Source: Labilithrix sp.
GTDB taxonomy: Bacteria > Myxococcota_A > Polyangia > Polyangiales > Polyangiaceae
DNA length: 64,000 nt
Direction of reading: 5' to 3'
Assembly (NCBI GenBank): GCA_044227045.1
Contig: JBGAFW010000002.1
Coordinates: forward strand, 3,457 to 67,456
Both the position numbers and the translations under genes were made by a program. The notes beneath the pieces are model-generated. The model made no database searches. It worked only from the letters and a program-made list of their open reading frames with translations, and had not been told where the DNA came from. Position 1 is the first letter of the stretch, and every line of letters starts with the position of its first letter. Shown piece after piece: positions 1 through 11,405 of this stretch.

Positions 1-132
1 CCTCCGAGCGCGAAGCACTGACCAAGGCAGTGCGAACGGACGTACCCCTTCAACGAGTGTGTCGATCGATTCCGATGATGCGGGTGGCACGCCGCTCGGT
101 CGGACGGCCACGTCGCGCGCCATGCACGGTCT

Positions 133-1767
133 TCAGCGGGCTGGCGCGAGGCGGTAGGTGCTTACGGCGGGGAAGCCGCTCGCGTCGCCGCTGAACGTGA
201 TGTGCAGGTAGCCGTCGCGCTCGCTCACCGAGAGGCGTGAGGCGGTCGCGGAGTAGGTCGTCCCGCCGCCGAGCCCGGTGAGGCCTTTGACCTCGACGCT
301 GTTCGCGCTGGCGCCCGGCTTCATCGCGACCGCGTGGAGCTCGCGGACCTCGCGGCGCACGGCGTCGATCTCCGCGACGACGAGGTCGGCGGACACCAAC
401 GTGGCGACGCTCGTGCTGCCGCAGCCCGGGCTGCATCCGAAGAGGTCGCAGAGGATGCCCGTGTCGGCGGGCTTGAGCGTGTAGTGACGCTCGCGTGACA
501 CTTGGCGGCGCACGAAGACGATGAGCATCCGGCCATCGGTCGTGCGCGTGAGCGCGAAGTCCGACGGATGCACCTCGGCGTTCGTCTCCGTGCACGTGTT
601 GCTGCATTTCGGCTCGGGCTTGCAGTGCGTCGCCGCGGGGACGATCTCCACCTCGGCGAAGGACGATGCGTTCTTCGGGACGAAGACGCGAAGCGAGCGG
701 TCTTCGTGCTTGGGGACGTCACCGAGCACGAGGACGGGAGGGTAGTCGGCGATCCCCGACGAGAGCGCCAGGACGGTTTGGGCGGCGTCGAGATCGAGGC
801 GGTCCTCTTTCAGCGTCGAACGTCCGCCATTGGCGCGCATGTGCACCGACGTCGAGACTTCGCTCTTCGTGATCAGGATCGGCTTGTCGTCGTCGCCGAG
901 CACGAGGCCATTGCCTGCGTTCAGATACGAGTACGACGCGAGATCCGGCAGGTCGACGACGCGTGCGGCGCCCGCTCGGGTGCGAAGGAGCGCGGCGCGA
1001 TCGGTCAGCGCGAGGAGCGTCGAGCCCACCGCGTTCACGCTCGCCCGCGCGCCGCGAAAGACGCCGAGAGAGTCGCTCGACGCGGCGACCGGGAGAGGCT
1101 CGGCTGGGAGGTCGCCGTCCTGCGCGTAGAGCGTGTTCGGAGGCGTCGCGGTGTTCGATGAGCTCGAGACGATGAACGGCTGGCCGCTCGGGCCGGTCGA
1201 CCCGAAGTGCGCGTTGCTCGTTCCATCGTTCGCGAGGTGATCGAGCACGCGTGACGTCGCCTTGTCGGTGCTCGTCGTCGTGATGACCTGCGCGCGGATG
1301 CCCGCGCCGAGCACGTGCACCTCGCCGCCGGGCGCGGCGATCGCTTCGAGCGTCGTACCCTGACGGCACGCGACGACGCGCACGCGATCGGCGGCCCATC
1401 CCGGTCCTCGCGCGGCCGGCCCGTCGCTGGCGTCTGCGTCTGCGTCGCTCGGCTCGACGCTTGCGTCGGACGAGGCGTCGGGGCTCGCGTCAGCCATCGC
1501 CTCCGAGCTCGCGTCCGCGTCGACACCCGCGTCACGGACGAGCGCGTGATGAACGGCGTCGAGCGCGTGGCCGGGATCGGTCAACGCCTCGCGCGCGGTC
1601 AGCGTGCAGCCGGGATCGTTCGGCATCTCGCGTGGAGGCGGAGGCGCGACGTCCCGTGCGTCGTCGTCGCAGCCGCTCGTGCCGAGGACAACCGCCGCGC
1701 CCGCGAGCGCTGCGACCGACGACATGGCCATGACCCCGGCGCGAACCCACCCGATGTGTCGGCGCAT
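133..1767 (-). CDS. hypothetical secreted lipoprotein (544 aa)
   Basis: The N-terminus is hydrophobic with a lipobox (AAVVLGTSGC). The composition is not Arg-biased, unlike the overlapping shadow ORFs, and no recognisable catalytic motif is present. Confidence 0.45.
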   Translation of the reverse strand: MRRHIGWVRAGVMAMSSVAALAGAAVVLGTSGCDDDARDVAPPPPREMPNDPGCTLTAREALTDPGHALDAVHHALVRDAGVDADASSEAMADASPDASSDASVEPSDADADASDGPAARGPGWAADRVRVVACRQGTTLEAIAAPGGEVHVLGAGIRAQVITTTSTDKATSRVLDHLANDGTSNAHFGSTGPSGQPFIVSSSSNTATPPNTLYAQDGDLPAEPLPVAASSDSLGVFRGARASVNAVGSTLLALTDRAALLRTRAGAARVVDLPDLASYSYLNAGNGLVLGDDDKPILITKSEVSTSVHMRANGGRSTLKEDRLDLDAAQTVLALSSGIADYPPVLVLGDVPKHEDRSLRVFVPKNASSFAEVEIVPAATHCKPEPKCSNTCTETNAEVHPSDFALTRTTDGRMLIVFVRRQVSRERHYTLKPADTGILCDLFGCSPGCGSTSVATLVSADLVVAEIDAVRREVRELHAVAMKPGASANSVEVKGLTGLGGGTTYSATASRLSVSERDGYLHITFSGDASGFPAVSTYRLAPAR

Positions 1768-1854
1768 CCCTTTAAGGATAGCATCGGTCGGGATGATCGC
1801 CAGCCAGAGCTTCGTGGCGCGAAGGACGCACGGCCGCGCGGCTTCGGGCGGGCG

Positions 1855-3897
1855 CTAGGACTCGGCGTCGTCGGGCGGTGGGGTGCTCGAGCGGAAGCTC
1901 GAGAGCGCCTGTGACGTGCCTTCGTCGATGCCGGCGAGGAGGTCGATGAAGCGGGGCGCGAGCTCGCGTACGAGCACCTCTTCGACGGCCTCGGCGCTGT
2001 CGCATTCGAGGGCGAGCTTCGCGATCGCCTCGGCCTCGGGGACGGTGAGGCGACGAATGGCTTCCTTGATCTCGGGGATCGCCGCGGCCTCCATCGAGAG
2101 ATCGCGGAGGCCGAGGCCGACGAGGAGGCAGGCCGCGAGCGGATCGGACGCCATCGCGCCGCAGAGCGAGACGGGACGATGGAACTTGGTCCCCACCATC
2201 GACACGTTCTGGATCATGCGGAGGATCGCCGGATTGAACGGCGAGGCTTGCGCTGCGAGCGACTGGCTCGCTCGATCGATCGCGAGGGCGTACTGCACGA
2301 GATCGTTCGTGCCGATGCTGAAGAACTCCGCTTCGCGGGCGAAGACATCGGCGAGGATCGCGGCCGCGGGGACCTCGATCATCATGCCGAGCGGAATGTG
2401 CTCTTCGAAGGCGTGACCACGCGCCTTCACTTGCTCGGTGGCTTGGGCGAGCAGTCGCTTCACCTCGCGCATCTCGTGCACGCTCGCGACCATCGGGACC
2501 ATGATGCGGACGTCGCCGTGCGCGCTCGCGCGGACCATCGCGCGAAGCTGCGTGAGGAAGACCTCGGGTTGCTTGAGCGCGAGACGAACGGCGCGAAGGC
2601 CGAGCGCGGGGTTCATCTCGGCGGGCATCTGGAACGTGCTCGCGAATTTGTCGCCTCCGATGTCGAACGTGCGGAGCGTCACGGGCTGCGGCGAGACGGC
2701 CTCGACGATCGCGCGGTACACCTCGTACTGCTCGTCTTCGCCCGGCTGCGTCGTGCGGTCGATGTAGAGGAACTCGGTGCGGTAAAGGCCGATGCCTTGC
2801 GCGCCGTGGTCGACCGCGAGGATCGCCTCGGCCGGGAGCTCGACGTTGGCCTTGAGCGCGACGGGGACGCCGTCGGCGGTGAGGCATGGCTTGTGGCGGG
2901 CGGACAGGAGGCGGCGGGCGAAGGCGAGGTGTTGCTCGGATCGCTGGCGCGCGTCGCGGATCGACTGCTCGCTCGGATGCACCGTGACGAGGCCGGTGAG
3001 CCCGTCGACGACGAGCGTGTCGCCGGTGCGGATCTCCGCGATCGCTTCGGCGACGCCGACGACGGCGGGGATCTCGAGCGCGCGCGCCATGATCGACGTG
3101 TGGCTCGTGCGCGTTCCGACGCACGTGACGAAGGCGAGGGCGGGCTCGCGCACCATGCTCGCGGTGTCTGCAGGCGAGAGATCGCGCGCGACGACGATCA
3201 TGGGCTCATCGAGGCGCACCGAGTGGTGAGCCGACTCGCCGACGAGCGCACGAAGGAGGCGGTCGCAGACGAACTCGACGTCGTGACGGCGCTCGAGGAT
3301 GTAGGCGTCCTTCTCGGCGGCGTCGGGCGGCCCGAACAGGCTCACGATCTCTTCGCTCGCCTCCGAGACGGCCCACTCGGCGCATTTTTTGTCGTTTCGA
3401 ACGCGCTTCTCGATGCGCTCGTGCAGCGTCGGGTCAGCGAGCATCAGCTCGTAGGCCTCGAGGATGGGCGACGCGTCGTGCATCGCCTTCGGCATGCGGA
3501 GGCTGACCTCGCGGAGCGTCTGCTTCGCGTCGTGCACCGCCTGCTTCACGCGATCGAGCTCTTGCTGGATCTGCGTGCTCTGCACGTGCCGGCGTACGAA
3601 CGACGCGCGGAGATCGCCGAGGACGAGGGCGGGGCCGACCGCGACGCCGGGCGAGCCTGCGATGCCTTTGAGGATGCGCGGCTCGTGGCGCTCGACCTCG
3701 GTGGAGCTCGGCGGATTCGACGGCAGGCGATTCACCGACGCGGCCTCGAGCCTGGTGACCGAGTCACGGATCGCCGCTCCTGAGCTCTCGGCAGGAGGCG
3801 CGGTGCTGCTCACGCCGCGGAAGGGAAGCGGCGTACCGGATCGGGGCTTGGGCAAGCCCCCATCGGATCGCGGGGGCGGGCTCTTGCGGGTCGCCAT
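1855..3897 (-). CDS. ptsI: phosphoenolpyruvate-protein phosphotransferase (PTS Enzyme I)
   Basis: The sequence carries the PEP-utilizing enzyme signature with a His domain (GTRTSHTSIMARALEIPAVVG) and a C-terminal TIM-barrel PEP-binding domain. The ATG at 3895-3897 overlaps the HPr stop as ATGA. The roughly 100-aa Pro/Ser-rich N-terminal extension makes the start uncertain. Confidence 0.85.
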   Translation of the reverse strand: MATRKSPPPRSDGGLPKPRSGTPLPFRGVSSTAPPAESSGAAIRDSVTRLEAASVNRLPSNPPSSTEVERHEPRILKGIAGSPGVAVGPALVLGDLRASFVRRHVQSTQIQQELDRVKQAVHDAKQTLREVSLRMPKAMHDASPILEAYELMLADPTLHERIEKRVRNDKKCAEWAVSEASEEIVSLFGPPDAAEKDAYILERRHDVEFVCDRLLRALVGESAHHSVRLDEPMIVVARDLSPADTASMVREPALAFVTCVGTRTSHTSIMARALEIPAVVGVAEAIAEIRTGDTLVVDGLTGLVTVHPSEQSIRDARQRSEQHLAFARRLLSARHKPCLTADGVPVALKANVELPAEAILAVDHGAQGIGLYRTEFLYIDRTTQPGEDEQYEVYRAIVEAVSPQPVTLRTFDIGGDKFASTFQMPAEMNPALGLRAVRLALKQPEVFLTQLRAMVRASAHGDVRIMVPMVASVHEMREVKRLLAQATEQVKARGHAFEEHIPLGMMIEVPAAAILADVFAREAEFFSIGTNDLVQYALAIDRASQSLAAQASPFNPAILRMIQNVSMVGTKFHRPVSLCGAMASDPLAACLLVGLGLRDLSMEAAAIPEIKEAIRRLTVPEAEAIAKLALECDSAEAVEEVLVRELAPRFIDLLAGIDEGTSQALSSFRSSTPPPDDAES

Positions 3898-4175
3898 CAG
3901 CTCGGCTCCCCAAAGCGCTCGGCGATGAGCTTGCCGATCGCGTCGACGCATTCCTGCGCGCGATCTCCGGTGGCGGTGACCTCGACGACCGTACCCTTCG
4001 ATCCACACAAGAGGAGGACGCCCATCACGCTCTTGGCGTTCGCGTTCTGGCCTCCGTGCGAGACGATGACCTCACAGGGATACCGCGCGGCGAGCTGAAC
4101 GAGCTTCGTCGCGGCGCGGGCGTGCAGCCCGAGGTCGTTCACGATCTTGAACTGGGAAGTAGCGCGCTCACTCAC
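3897..4175 (-). CDS. ptsH: phosphocarrier protein HPr (NPr-like), 92 aa
   Basis: The HPr fold motif is present (KIVNDLGLHARAATKLVQLAARYPCEVIVSHGG...GTVVEVTATGDRAQE). The GTG start at 4175 overlaps the rapZ stop as GTGA. Confidence 0.75.
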   Translation of the reverse strand: MSERATSQFKIVNDLGLHARAATKLVQLAARYPCEVIVSHGGQNANAKSVMGVLLLCGSKGTVVEVTATGDRAQECVDAIGKLIAERFGEPS

Positions 4176-5241
4176 AGGGCTGTCCCCTTCGATGCTCGAG
4201 CGGACGCCTCGGAGGCGGTCGATGTCGAAGCCGGCGGCTTCGAAGGTGCGGAGGTCGGTGGATGTCGATGCACGTCGCGATGCACGACGGCGATCTCGAT
4301 GCGCGCGCGAGGCACGCCGAGCTCGTTCGTGATCGTCGATGGAGCGAGCGCGGCGTCGAGCGCCGCGGCCACGTGTTCGGCAAGTACCACACTGCGGTGC
4401 ATCCCCCCGGTGCATCCGAAGGCGATGGTAAGGTAGCTTTTGCCTTCGTGCTCGTACTTCGGCACGACGTACTGCAAAAGATCGAGCGTGCGGGTCAAGA
4501 GCTCGTGGGTCTCCGGGAGGCCGAGGACGAAGTCCTTCACCGGCATTTCGGTGCCCGGTATGCGCTTCAACTCAGGCACGAAGTACGGGTTTTTCAGGAA
4601 GCGGACGTCGAAGACCAGGTCGGCGTCGGCAGGCGCGCCGTACTTGAAGCCAAAAGACATCACCCGAACGGTCATTCGTTCGGCGGTGCCCGAGGCGGGG
4701 CCGAAGTGGCTGACGACCGCACGTCGCAATTCGTGCGCGGTGAGGCTCGTCGTGTCGATGACACGCGTGGCGCGGGCGCGAAGCGGCGCAAGGCGTTCGC
4801 GTTCGAGCGTCACGCCATCGAGGACCGACGACGCAGGGCTCAGCGATCCGGAGGTCGCGAGGACATGCGGCCGGCGCGTCTCGCTGAAGCGATGAAGGAT
4901 CGTCTCGTCCGACGCGTCCACGAAGAGCACCGACAAATCACGACGACCGCCATCTTCGAGCTGAGAGAGCACGCGACCGACCTCGCCGAGGAACACGCGA
5001 ACGCGCACGTCCATTCCGAGGGCGACGCGCGTCATTCCACCACGCTCGCAGAGCGCGACAGCGTCTGGCGCGAGGACGGTCGGGAGGTTGTCGATGCAGA
5101 AGAAGCCAAGGTCTTCGAGCGCGTGGAGGGCGGTGGTTCGTCCGGCGCCCGACAAGCCGGTGACGACGACGACCATCGGACGGCGGACCGCCGGCGGCTT
5201 GGGTGACAGAGGTCCGGATTCATTCATAAGCGACCGCTCGC

Positions 5242-5245
<4 letters not shown>
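4172..5245 (-). CDS. rapZ: RNase adapter protein RapZ (YhbJ family P-loop NTPase)
   Basis: It has an N-terminal P-loop (VVVTGLSGAGRTTALHALEDLGFFCIDNLP) and a RapZ C-terminal domain. Its position between hprK and ptsH is conserved. The ATG at 5243-5245 overlaps the hprK stop. Confidence 0.8.
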
Positions 5246-6419
<1,174 letters not shown>

Positions 6420-6423
<4 letters not shown>

Positions 6424-6992
6424 AGGCCCCCCTTCTTCTCCTCTGACCTCGGACCGTGGGAAGAGTGTGAGGCGGGGGGGCTCGTGATGTTCGTGGCGGC
6501 GAGCTCGCTCGGCGAGCTGCTCGGGATCGAGACGCCTTCTTCGCTCTTGATCAGATCGAAGACGCTCTGGGAGTCCGCGGCGTTGATGAGGCGCGAGCGG
6601 AAGTCCTTGTTACGGAGAAGGCGCGAGACGCGGGCGAGCGTCTTGAGATGCTCGCCCGTCGCGCGTTTGGGTGTGATGACGCCGAACAGGATCGTGACGG
6701 CGGCGTCGTCGATCGCCTGAAAGTCCACGCCTTCGGGCACGATGAGCAGCGCCGCGACTTGCTCGCTGAGCTGCGGCAAGGCCCCGTGAGGGATCGCGAC
6801 GCCTTCACCAATGCCCGTGCTCTGGAGCTGCTCGCGATCGAGAAGCGCCTTCTCGATGTCCTGCACGGTGACGCCGTCACGCGTTCCAATCAGGTTCGCG
6901 AGCAGACCAATGGCCTTGGCTTTGTCGAACGGCTCACCGTTGGCGCGCTTGATGCCAACGCGCCCCGGCGAAAGTAAGTCGGTGAGACGCAT
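6420..6992 (-). CDS. ptsN: PTS IIA-Ntr nitrogen-regulatory protein
   Basis: The PTS_EIIA_2 fold is present with the phosphorylatable His region (GIGEGVAIPHG). The gene sits in the standard position between hpf and hprK. Confidence 0.8.
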
Positions 6993-7139
6993 GTTGGGGT
7001 TCGAGGTGATCAGACGAGACCTCTGATCGCGAGAGAGTCTTTGGTAGAAGTAACAGAGAGTTGAGCAGCTTCGAGCGCGCGTGGGGGAAAAACCAACCCG
7101 CCGTTCGATTCGATGGGGGCTTTCCCCGAGCCGCCGCCG

Positions 7140-7469
7140 TCACTCCTCGTCGGGGAGGAGATGATCCGAGGCGCGTTCGGCGCCTTTTTTCTTGTGCGTT
7201 CCGTGGCCGTCGCGGATTTGTCGTTCGAGCTTGTCGATGACCTTGTCGATCGTGGCGTACATGTCCTCGCTCGACTCGTGTGCGTGGTAGTGATGCCCCC
7301 CTGAGTGAAGATCCACCTCGGCCATGTGGATCGTCTTCTGACAACTCAAGGTCACCTGTCCGTGAAGTGGCTGCCTCAGGAACTTCTGTAGCTTCGAAAC
7401 CTTCTCCGTCGCGTAGCCCTTGACCGCATCGGTCGCATCCATCTGTCGGAAGGTGATGGAGATGTTCAT
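7140..7469 (-). CDS. hpf: ribosome hibernation promoting factor (sigma-54 modulation protein family)
   Basis: The motif MNISITFRQMDATDAVKGYATEKVSKLQKF is typical of HPF/RaiA. The gene lies immediately downstream of rpoN as in the canonical rpoN operon. The start was taken at the internal Met of the 151-aa ORF. Confidence 0.8.
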   Translation of the reverse strand: MNISITFRQMDATDAVKGYATEKVSKLQKFLRQPLHGQVTLSCQKTIHMAEVDLHSGGHHYHAHESSEDMYATIDKVIDKLERQIRDGHGTHKKKGAERASDHLLPDEE

Positions 7470-7791
7470 TCGTCGCTCCTTCGCTTTCTTCGCGCTTGGC
7501 CGTGTCTGGTGTGTCCGCGGGTCGTTTCCTTCGTAACCCTCGAGACGGACGATGCTTATGTGTTTCCGCGTCGCTTCGATTTGGATTCCGCACAAGCATC
7601 AAGCGTTCGGATCGATCCTCTTCTCTTTCGCTGATTTGACTTCACGTGGTTGTCTCGAAGTTTATCCCCGAAATGAGAGGAGGGTCGACAAGGTAAGACG
7701 TTTTCGGTGCGGCGCGGGGGAGGCGAGCCTCGCGACCCTCGGGCTCGGTGGTCCGGCCTTTTCGGCGTCGGGTGTTGGCACGAAGGCTCGA

Positions 7792-8418
7792 TCATCGGGT
7801 GGGTTCGCCGCCGATCGGGAAGCTCACGGGCGGTCCGGACGCCAGCGTGGCCTCGTCATCGAACGCTCGCGCTGAGAGGGGCGCCAAAAGGCGCGCCGCC
7901 ATATCGACGAGCGAGCTGTCGTTCCTGCGAACGAGCGCCGCCACTTGCGCGACGTATTCGCGCAGCTGCATGTGCGTCTCGTCGAGCGCCCGCCGAACGA
8001 GCGAGTCAGGCTCAGGCGTGCTCCCGGCGCCCGTGATGTGGAGCGCGTCGCCGTACGCGCGATGGGCGCGCCGGATCTGCGCCAAGAAGGCCGTGCCGCC
8101 GAGCTCGTCGATGAGCAGATCGTAGCCGTGCGTCGTGATCTGATCGATTCGATTCTGCGACTCGGTCCACTCGTCCTTGAAGTCGAGCGTGAGAAACTGC
8201 AGGCCCTTCGGAAAGAGGCTCGAGTAGAGGCGTCTCGTGTCGGCGACGCGCATGTGCGCTCGGTCGGGGAGCCTCGTCCAGCCGAGGAGCCAGCTCTGAA
8301 ACGCGCCCCACGCGTCGTCGAGCACTCGATCGGCGGCGCGCGCCCTCGGATCGGCGGCTGACCCCGATCGCTCGCGCGCTTGGATCGCTTGCTTGAGGCT
8401 CGCGGTCGTCTCGAGCAA
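7792..8418 (-). CDS. hypothetical protein between rpoN and hpf
   Basis: The 208-aa ORF has normal, non-Arg-biased composition. No motif was recognised and the true start may lie upstream. Confidence 0.35.
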   Translation of the reverse strand: MLETTASLKQAIQARERSGSAADPRARAADRVLDDAWGAFQSWLLGWTRLPDRAHMRVADTRRLYSSLFPKGLQFLTLDFKDEWTESQNRIDQITTHGYDLLIDELGGTAFLAQIRRAHRAYGDALHITGAGSTPEPDSLVRRALDETHMQLREYVAQVAALVRRNDSSLVDMAARLLAPLSARAFDDEATLASGPPVSFPIGGEPTR

Positions 8419-8765
8419 ACGGGCGAGGGACGCGGTCGCGCTCGAGCCGAGCTTGCCCGGCGTGCGCTGCGCCGCGGCCTCGAGCTCTTCGACGAGGGTG
8501 AGCGTCCCCGCTTCGCCAAGTGGCGGCAGTTGAATGAAATCCTGCGGGGAAAAGCTCCTCAGTTCACGCCCCCTTCGACGCGTTCCGGTTCTTGTTCGAA
8601 CCGATCATAGCCGACCCCGAAACGCACGGAAACAGCGCTGATTTTACGCCAAATTCGGCGGAAATCCGAGGGAAAGTCGCGCTCCCTCCGACCGGAAGAG
8701 CGCGCGAGTTTCATTTTTGGGGGGCGCGACTTCCTTCGGAAAGATCGCGCGATTTCCCTGTGCTC

Positions 8766-10292
8766 TCAGAAGAGCTTCTTGCGCTTCGACGACGCGAGGA
8801 TGCCCAGCATCTCGCGGTACTTCGCGACGGTGCGGCGGGCGATCTGGATGCCGTCCTGCTTGGCGAGGATCTCGACGATCGCTTGATCGCTGAGGGGGTT
8901 CTGCTTGTCCTCGCCGTCGATGATCTTCTTGATCGCCTGCTTGACGCTCTCGGAGGCGATGTCCTCCTCGGCGACGCGGCGGATCGAGCTGTTGAAGAAG
9001 TACTTCAGCTCGAAGAGGCCTTGCGGGGTGTGGACGTACTTGTTCGTCGTGACGCGCGAGATCGTCGACTCGTGCATGCCGACGGACTCGGCGACGTCGC
9101 GGAGGATCATCGGCTTCAAGAACGCGACGCCCTTCTCGAAGAACTCGCGCTGCTTCTCGACGATGCACTCGGTGACGCGGATGATCGTCTTTCGGCGCTG
9201 CTCGATCGCGCGAATGAGCCACTGCGCGTTGCGGAGCTTCTCGCCGATGAACTCTTTGGCGTTCGGATCCTTGAGGAGCTGCTTCGTCAGCGCCTCGTTG
9301 ATGTAGAGGCGCTGCACGCCGCGGTCGTTGTCGGAGACGATGAACTTGTCCGACTCCTTCACGACGTAGACGTCCGGCGTGATCGCGATCTGCTTCTCGT
9401 CGGTGTCGGTGAAGTTGCGGGCGGGGCGGCTCTCGAGCTTCTGGATCTCTTTGACGGACTCGTAGACGTCTTCGACCGGCACCTTCAGGTCGCGTGCGAT
9501 CGCCTGGTAGTTGTGCTTTTCCAGGTTGTGGAGGTGCTTGTCGAGGATCTGGATGTCGAGATCCTCGTAGCCGAACACCTCGGCCTGGACGAGGAGACAC
9601 TCGCGAAGATCGCGCGCGCACACGCCGACCGGATCGAACTCCTGCATCATCCGGAGGACCTCGGGCGCGTCCTCGGGATCGACCCCCGCTTCGTTGGCGA
9701 GCTCTTCGATCGTGAGGTCGGGCGTGCGCGTCCCGTCCGGACGCTCGACGCCTTTGAGGTCGAGGAAGCCTTGATCGTCGAGGTTACCGAGCACGAGCTC
9801 CGCGAATCGCTTCTCGGAGTCGGTCATGTCGCTCATCTGGATTTGCCAGCGGAGATGATCGACGAGCGACTCGCCCTTCGTGAGGTTCTGCTCGATCGGG
9901 GGCATCTCTTCGAAGCCGCCGCGGTTGGCAGGGAGGGGCTGTTGGAGGGTGCGGTTCTCGAGGAACTGCTCCCAGTCGATCTCGTTGACCTGCTTCGACT
10001 CCGTCTTTTGCGCTTCGCCCGACTCCATGCGCTTGCGATCGTCGAGCATGTCGATGCGACGCTCGCCTTGCTCCATGGTCGTCGTCTGGATGTTCTCGGC
10101 GGCGTTCCCCGTATCGCCAGACCGCGCACGTGGCTCGAAATCCTCGTCTGCGAGCACCGGGTTGGCGTCGCATTCCTTACGGATTTCCTCGATCAGCTCG
10201 AGCCGCGACAGCTGGAGCAGGCGGATGGCCTGCTGGAGCTGCGGGGTCATGACGAGCTGTTGGCTGAGCTTTAGCTGTTGTTTGATTTCCAT
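8766..10292 (-). CDS. rpoN: RNA polymerase sigma-54 factor
   Basis: The RpoN box ARRTVAKYRE is present, along with a Gln/Leu-rich N-terminal activator-interaction region and an HTH. Confidence 0.95.
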   Translation of the reverse strand: MEIKQQLKLSQQLVMTPQLQQAIRLLQLSRLELIEEIRKECDANPVLADEDFEPRARSGDTGNAAENIQTTTMEQGERRIDMLDDRKRMESGEAQKTESKQVNEIDWEQFLENRTLQQPLPANRGGFEEMPPIEQNLTKGESLVDHLRWQIQMSDMTDSEKRFAELVLGNLDDQGFLDLKGVERPDGTRTPDLTIEELANEAGVDPEDAPEVLRMMQEFDPVGVCARDLRECLLVQAEVFGYEDLDIQILDKHLHNLEKHNYQAIARDLKVPVEDVYESVKEIQKLESRPARNFTDTDEKQIAITPDVYVVKESDKFIVSDNDRGVQRLYINEALTKQLLKDPNAKEFIGEKLRNAQWLIRAIEQRRKTIIRVTECIVEKQREFFEKGVAFLKPMILRDVAESVGMHESTISRVTTNKYVHTPQGLFELKYFFNSSIRRVAEEDIASESVKQAIKKIIDGEDKQNPLSDQAIVEILAKQDGIQIARRTVAKYREMLGILASSKRKKLF

Positions 10293-10655
10293 CGGGTTCT
10301 TCCGGCGGTCTGCTCGAAAAACGGCCCGAGCTTGTAGAGCACCGCCAGGAAAAGCTTACACACCGATTGGGGTCACGAAAGCGAAAACAGTGCCAGCGGG
10401 GAAATTAGCCACGATCTTTTCGCGCGATCTCTTCTGCAGTGGGGTCCGAAGACCGATGAGCTTGCCGCGAAACAAAGGATCGATCCCGATCAGATGGAGG
10501 CTCGTTCGCGATCCGTTCCATGGATTCCCTGAATTTCGGGCGGCCCTCACGTGTTCTCGGCGCTTTTCAGTTTCCGAGGAGGCAGGGCAGGAGCGAAGCG
10601 GTCCGAGCGACCCATGTAAGATGCAGACAAAGGATCTGATCAGGTCCAATCGCGC

Positions 10656-11264
10656 TCAGGCCGAGTGCGCCATCTCCTCCAGGTCTTGGCCGTGGTCGAG
10701 GTCGATCTCGCTCTCGGCCTCGCTCGGGTCCTCCTCGCTCATCGCCGCCATCGCGGGCGGGAACTGGCTCTCGTTCGCCGCGATCTGGACGTCGATGTCG
10801 AGCACGTAGCCCCGGCGGCGGCGGACGAGCAGGCCGCGAAGGCCGAGGCGACGGAGCGAGTGCACCGCCGTGTAGACGCGCATCGCGGCGGCCGTCGCGC
10901 TCGCGCGCTCACCCGGCCAGCCCGCTTCGAACGCAGCGGTGACGGGGAGAACGGCGTTCGGCGAGCGCTCTTTCATCTCGGCGAGCGCGAGAAGAAGCCT
11001 GCGAAGAGGCACGCGCGTCTCGAGGATGACGCGTGAGCGTCCCGTGATTTGAAACCACTCCGCGCCTGCGGCCACGACGAGGCGCGGTGCGGCCATCGTG
11101 GGGTTGTGCGGAGCCGAAGACTCCGAAGACTCGCTCGCGTGGTGATGATGAAGCTTGATCGGCAGCATATCCATGACCCATCCCTTCAGCGCGAGGTCTC
11201 TTCCTCGCGTTGTCCAACGAAGGGGTGTGGTGCAGCTGGCGTGCCGAGCAGTGGATGTAGGCAA
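10656..11264 (-). CDS. winged-helix (OmpR/PhoB C-terminal-like, trans_reg_C) DNA-binding protein lacking a receiver domain
   Basis: The stretch RVPLRRLLLALAEMKERSPNAVLPVTAAFEAGWPGE...RVYTAVHSLRRLGLRGLLVRRRRGYVLDI matches the trans_reg_C wHTH pattern. The likely true start is the Met at 11174. Confidence 0.5.
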   Translation of the reverse strand: MPTSTARHASCTTPLRWTTRGRDLALKGWVMDMLPIKLHHHHASESSESSAPHNPTMAAPRLVVAAGAEWFQITGRSRVILETRVPLRRLLLALAEMKERSPNAVLPVTAAFEAGWPGERASATAAAMRVYTAVHSLRRLGLRGLLVRRRRGYVLDIDVQIAANESQFPPAMAAMSEEDPSEAESEIDLDHGQDLEEMAHSA

Positions 11265-11405
11265 ACCGCGATTTTCTGAAACGCCAAGGTTCGATCACCC
11301 CTCGCGCCGGACACACCACGTGAACCAAGATCATCCCCAAGAAGCGCCAAGAAGCGGGCGATTTCAGCGGAATTTCAGTTTTCTGGATTCTTCGGTTCGG
11401 CGTTT

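Noticed and set aside
1772-3783. 450-aa minus-strand and 534-aa plus-strand ORFs overlapping ptsI.
   Set aside because: The composition is Arg-rich junk. The ptsI frame carries the PEP-utilizing enzyme motifs.
1855-4008. Possibility that the Enzyme I is PtsP (GAF-EI-Ntr) because of the long N-terminus.
   Set aside because: The extension is about 100 aa of Pro/Ser-rich low complexity, not a GAF domain of roughly 150 aa.
7470-7791. TGGCAC at about 7771, considered as a σ54 -24 element.
   Set aside because: There is no GC/TTGC -12 element at the right spacing, and the orientation is wrong for hpf.
8592-10274. 560-aa plus-strand ORF antisense to rpoN.
   Set aside because: The composition is Leu/Asp/Arg-rich junk. 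The RpoN box is on the minus strand.
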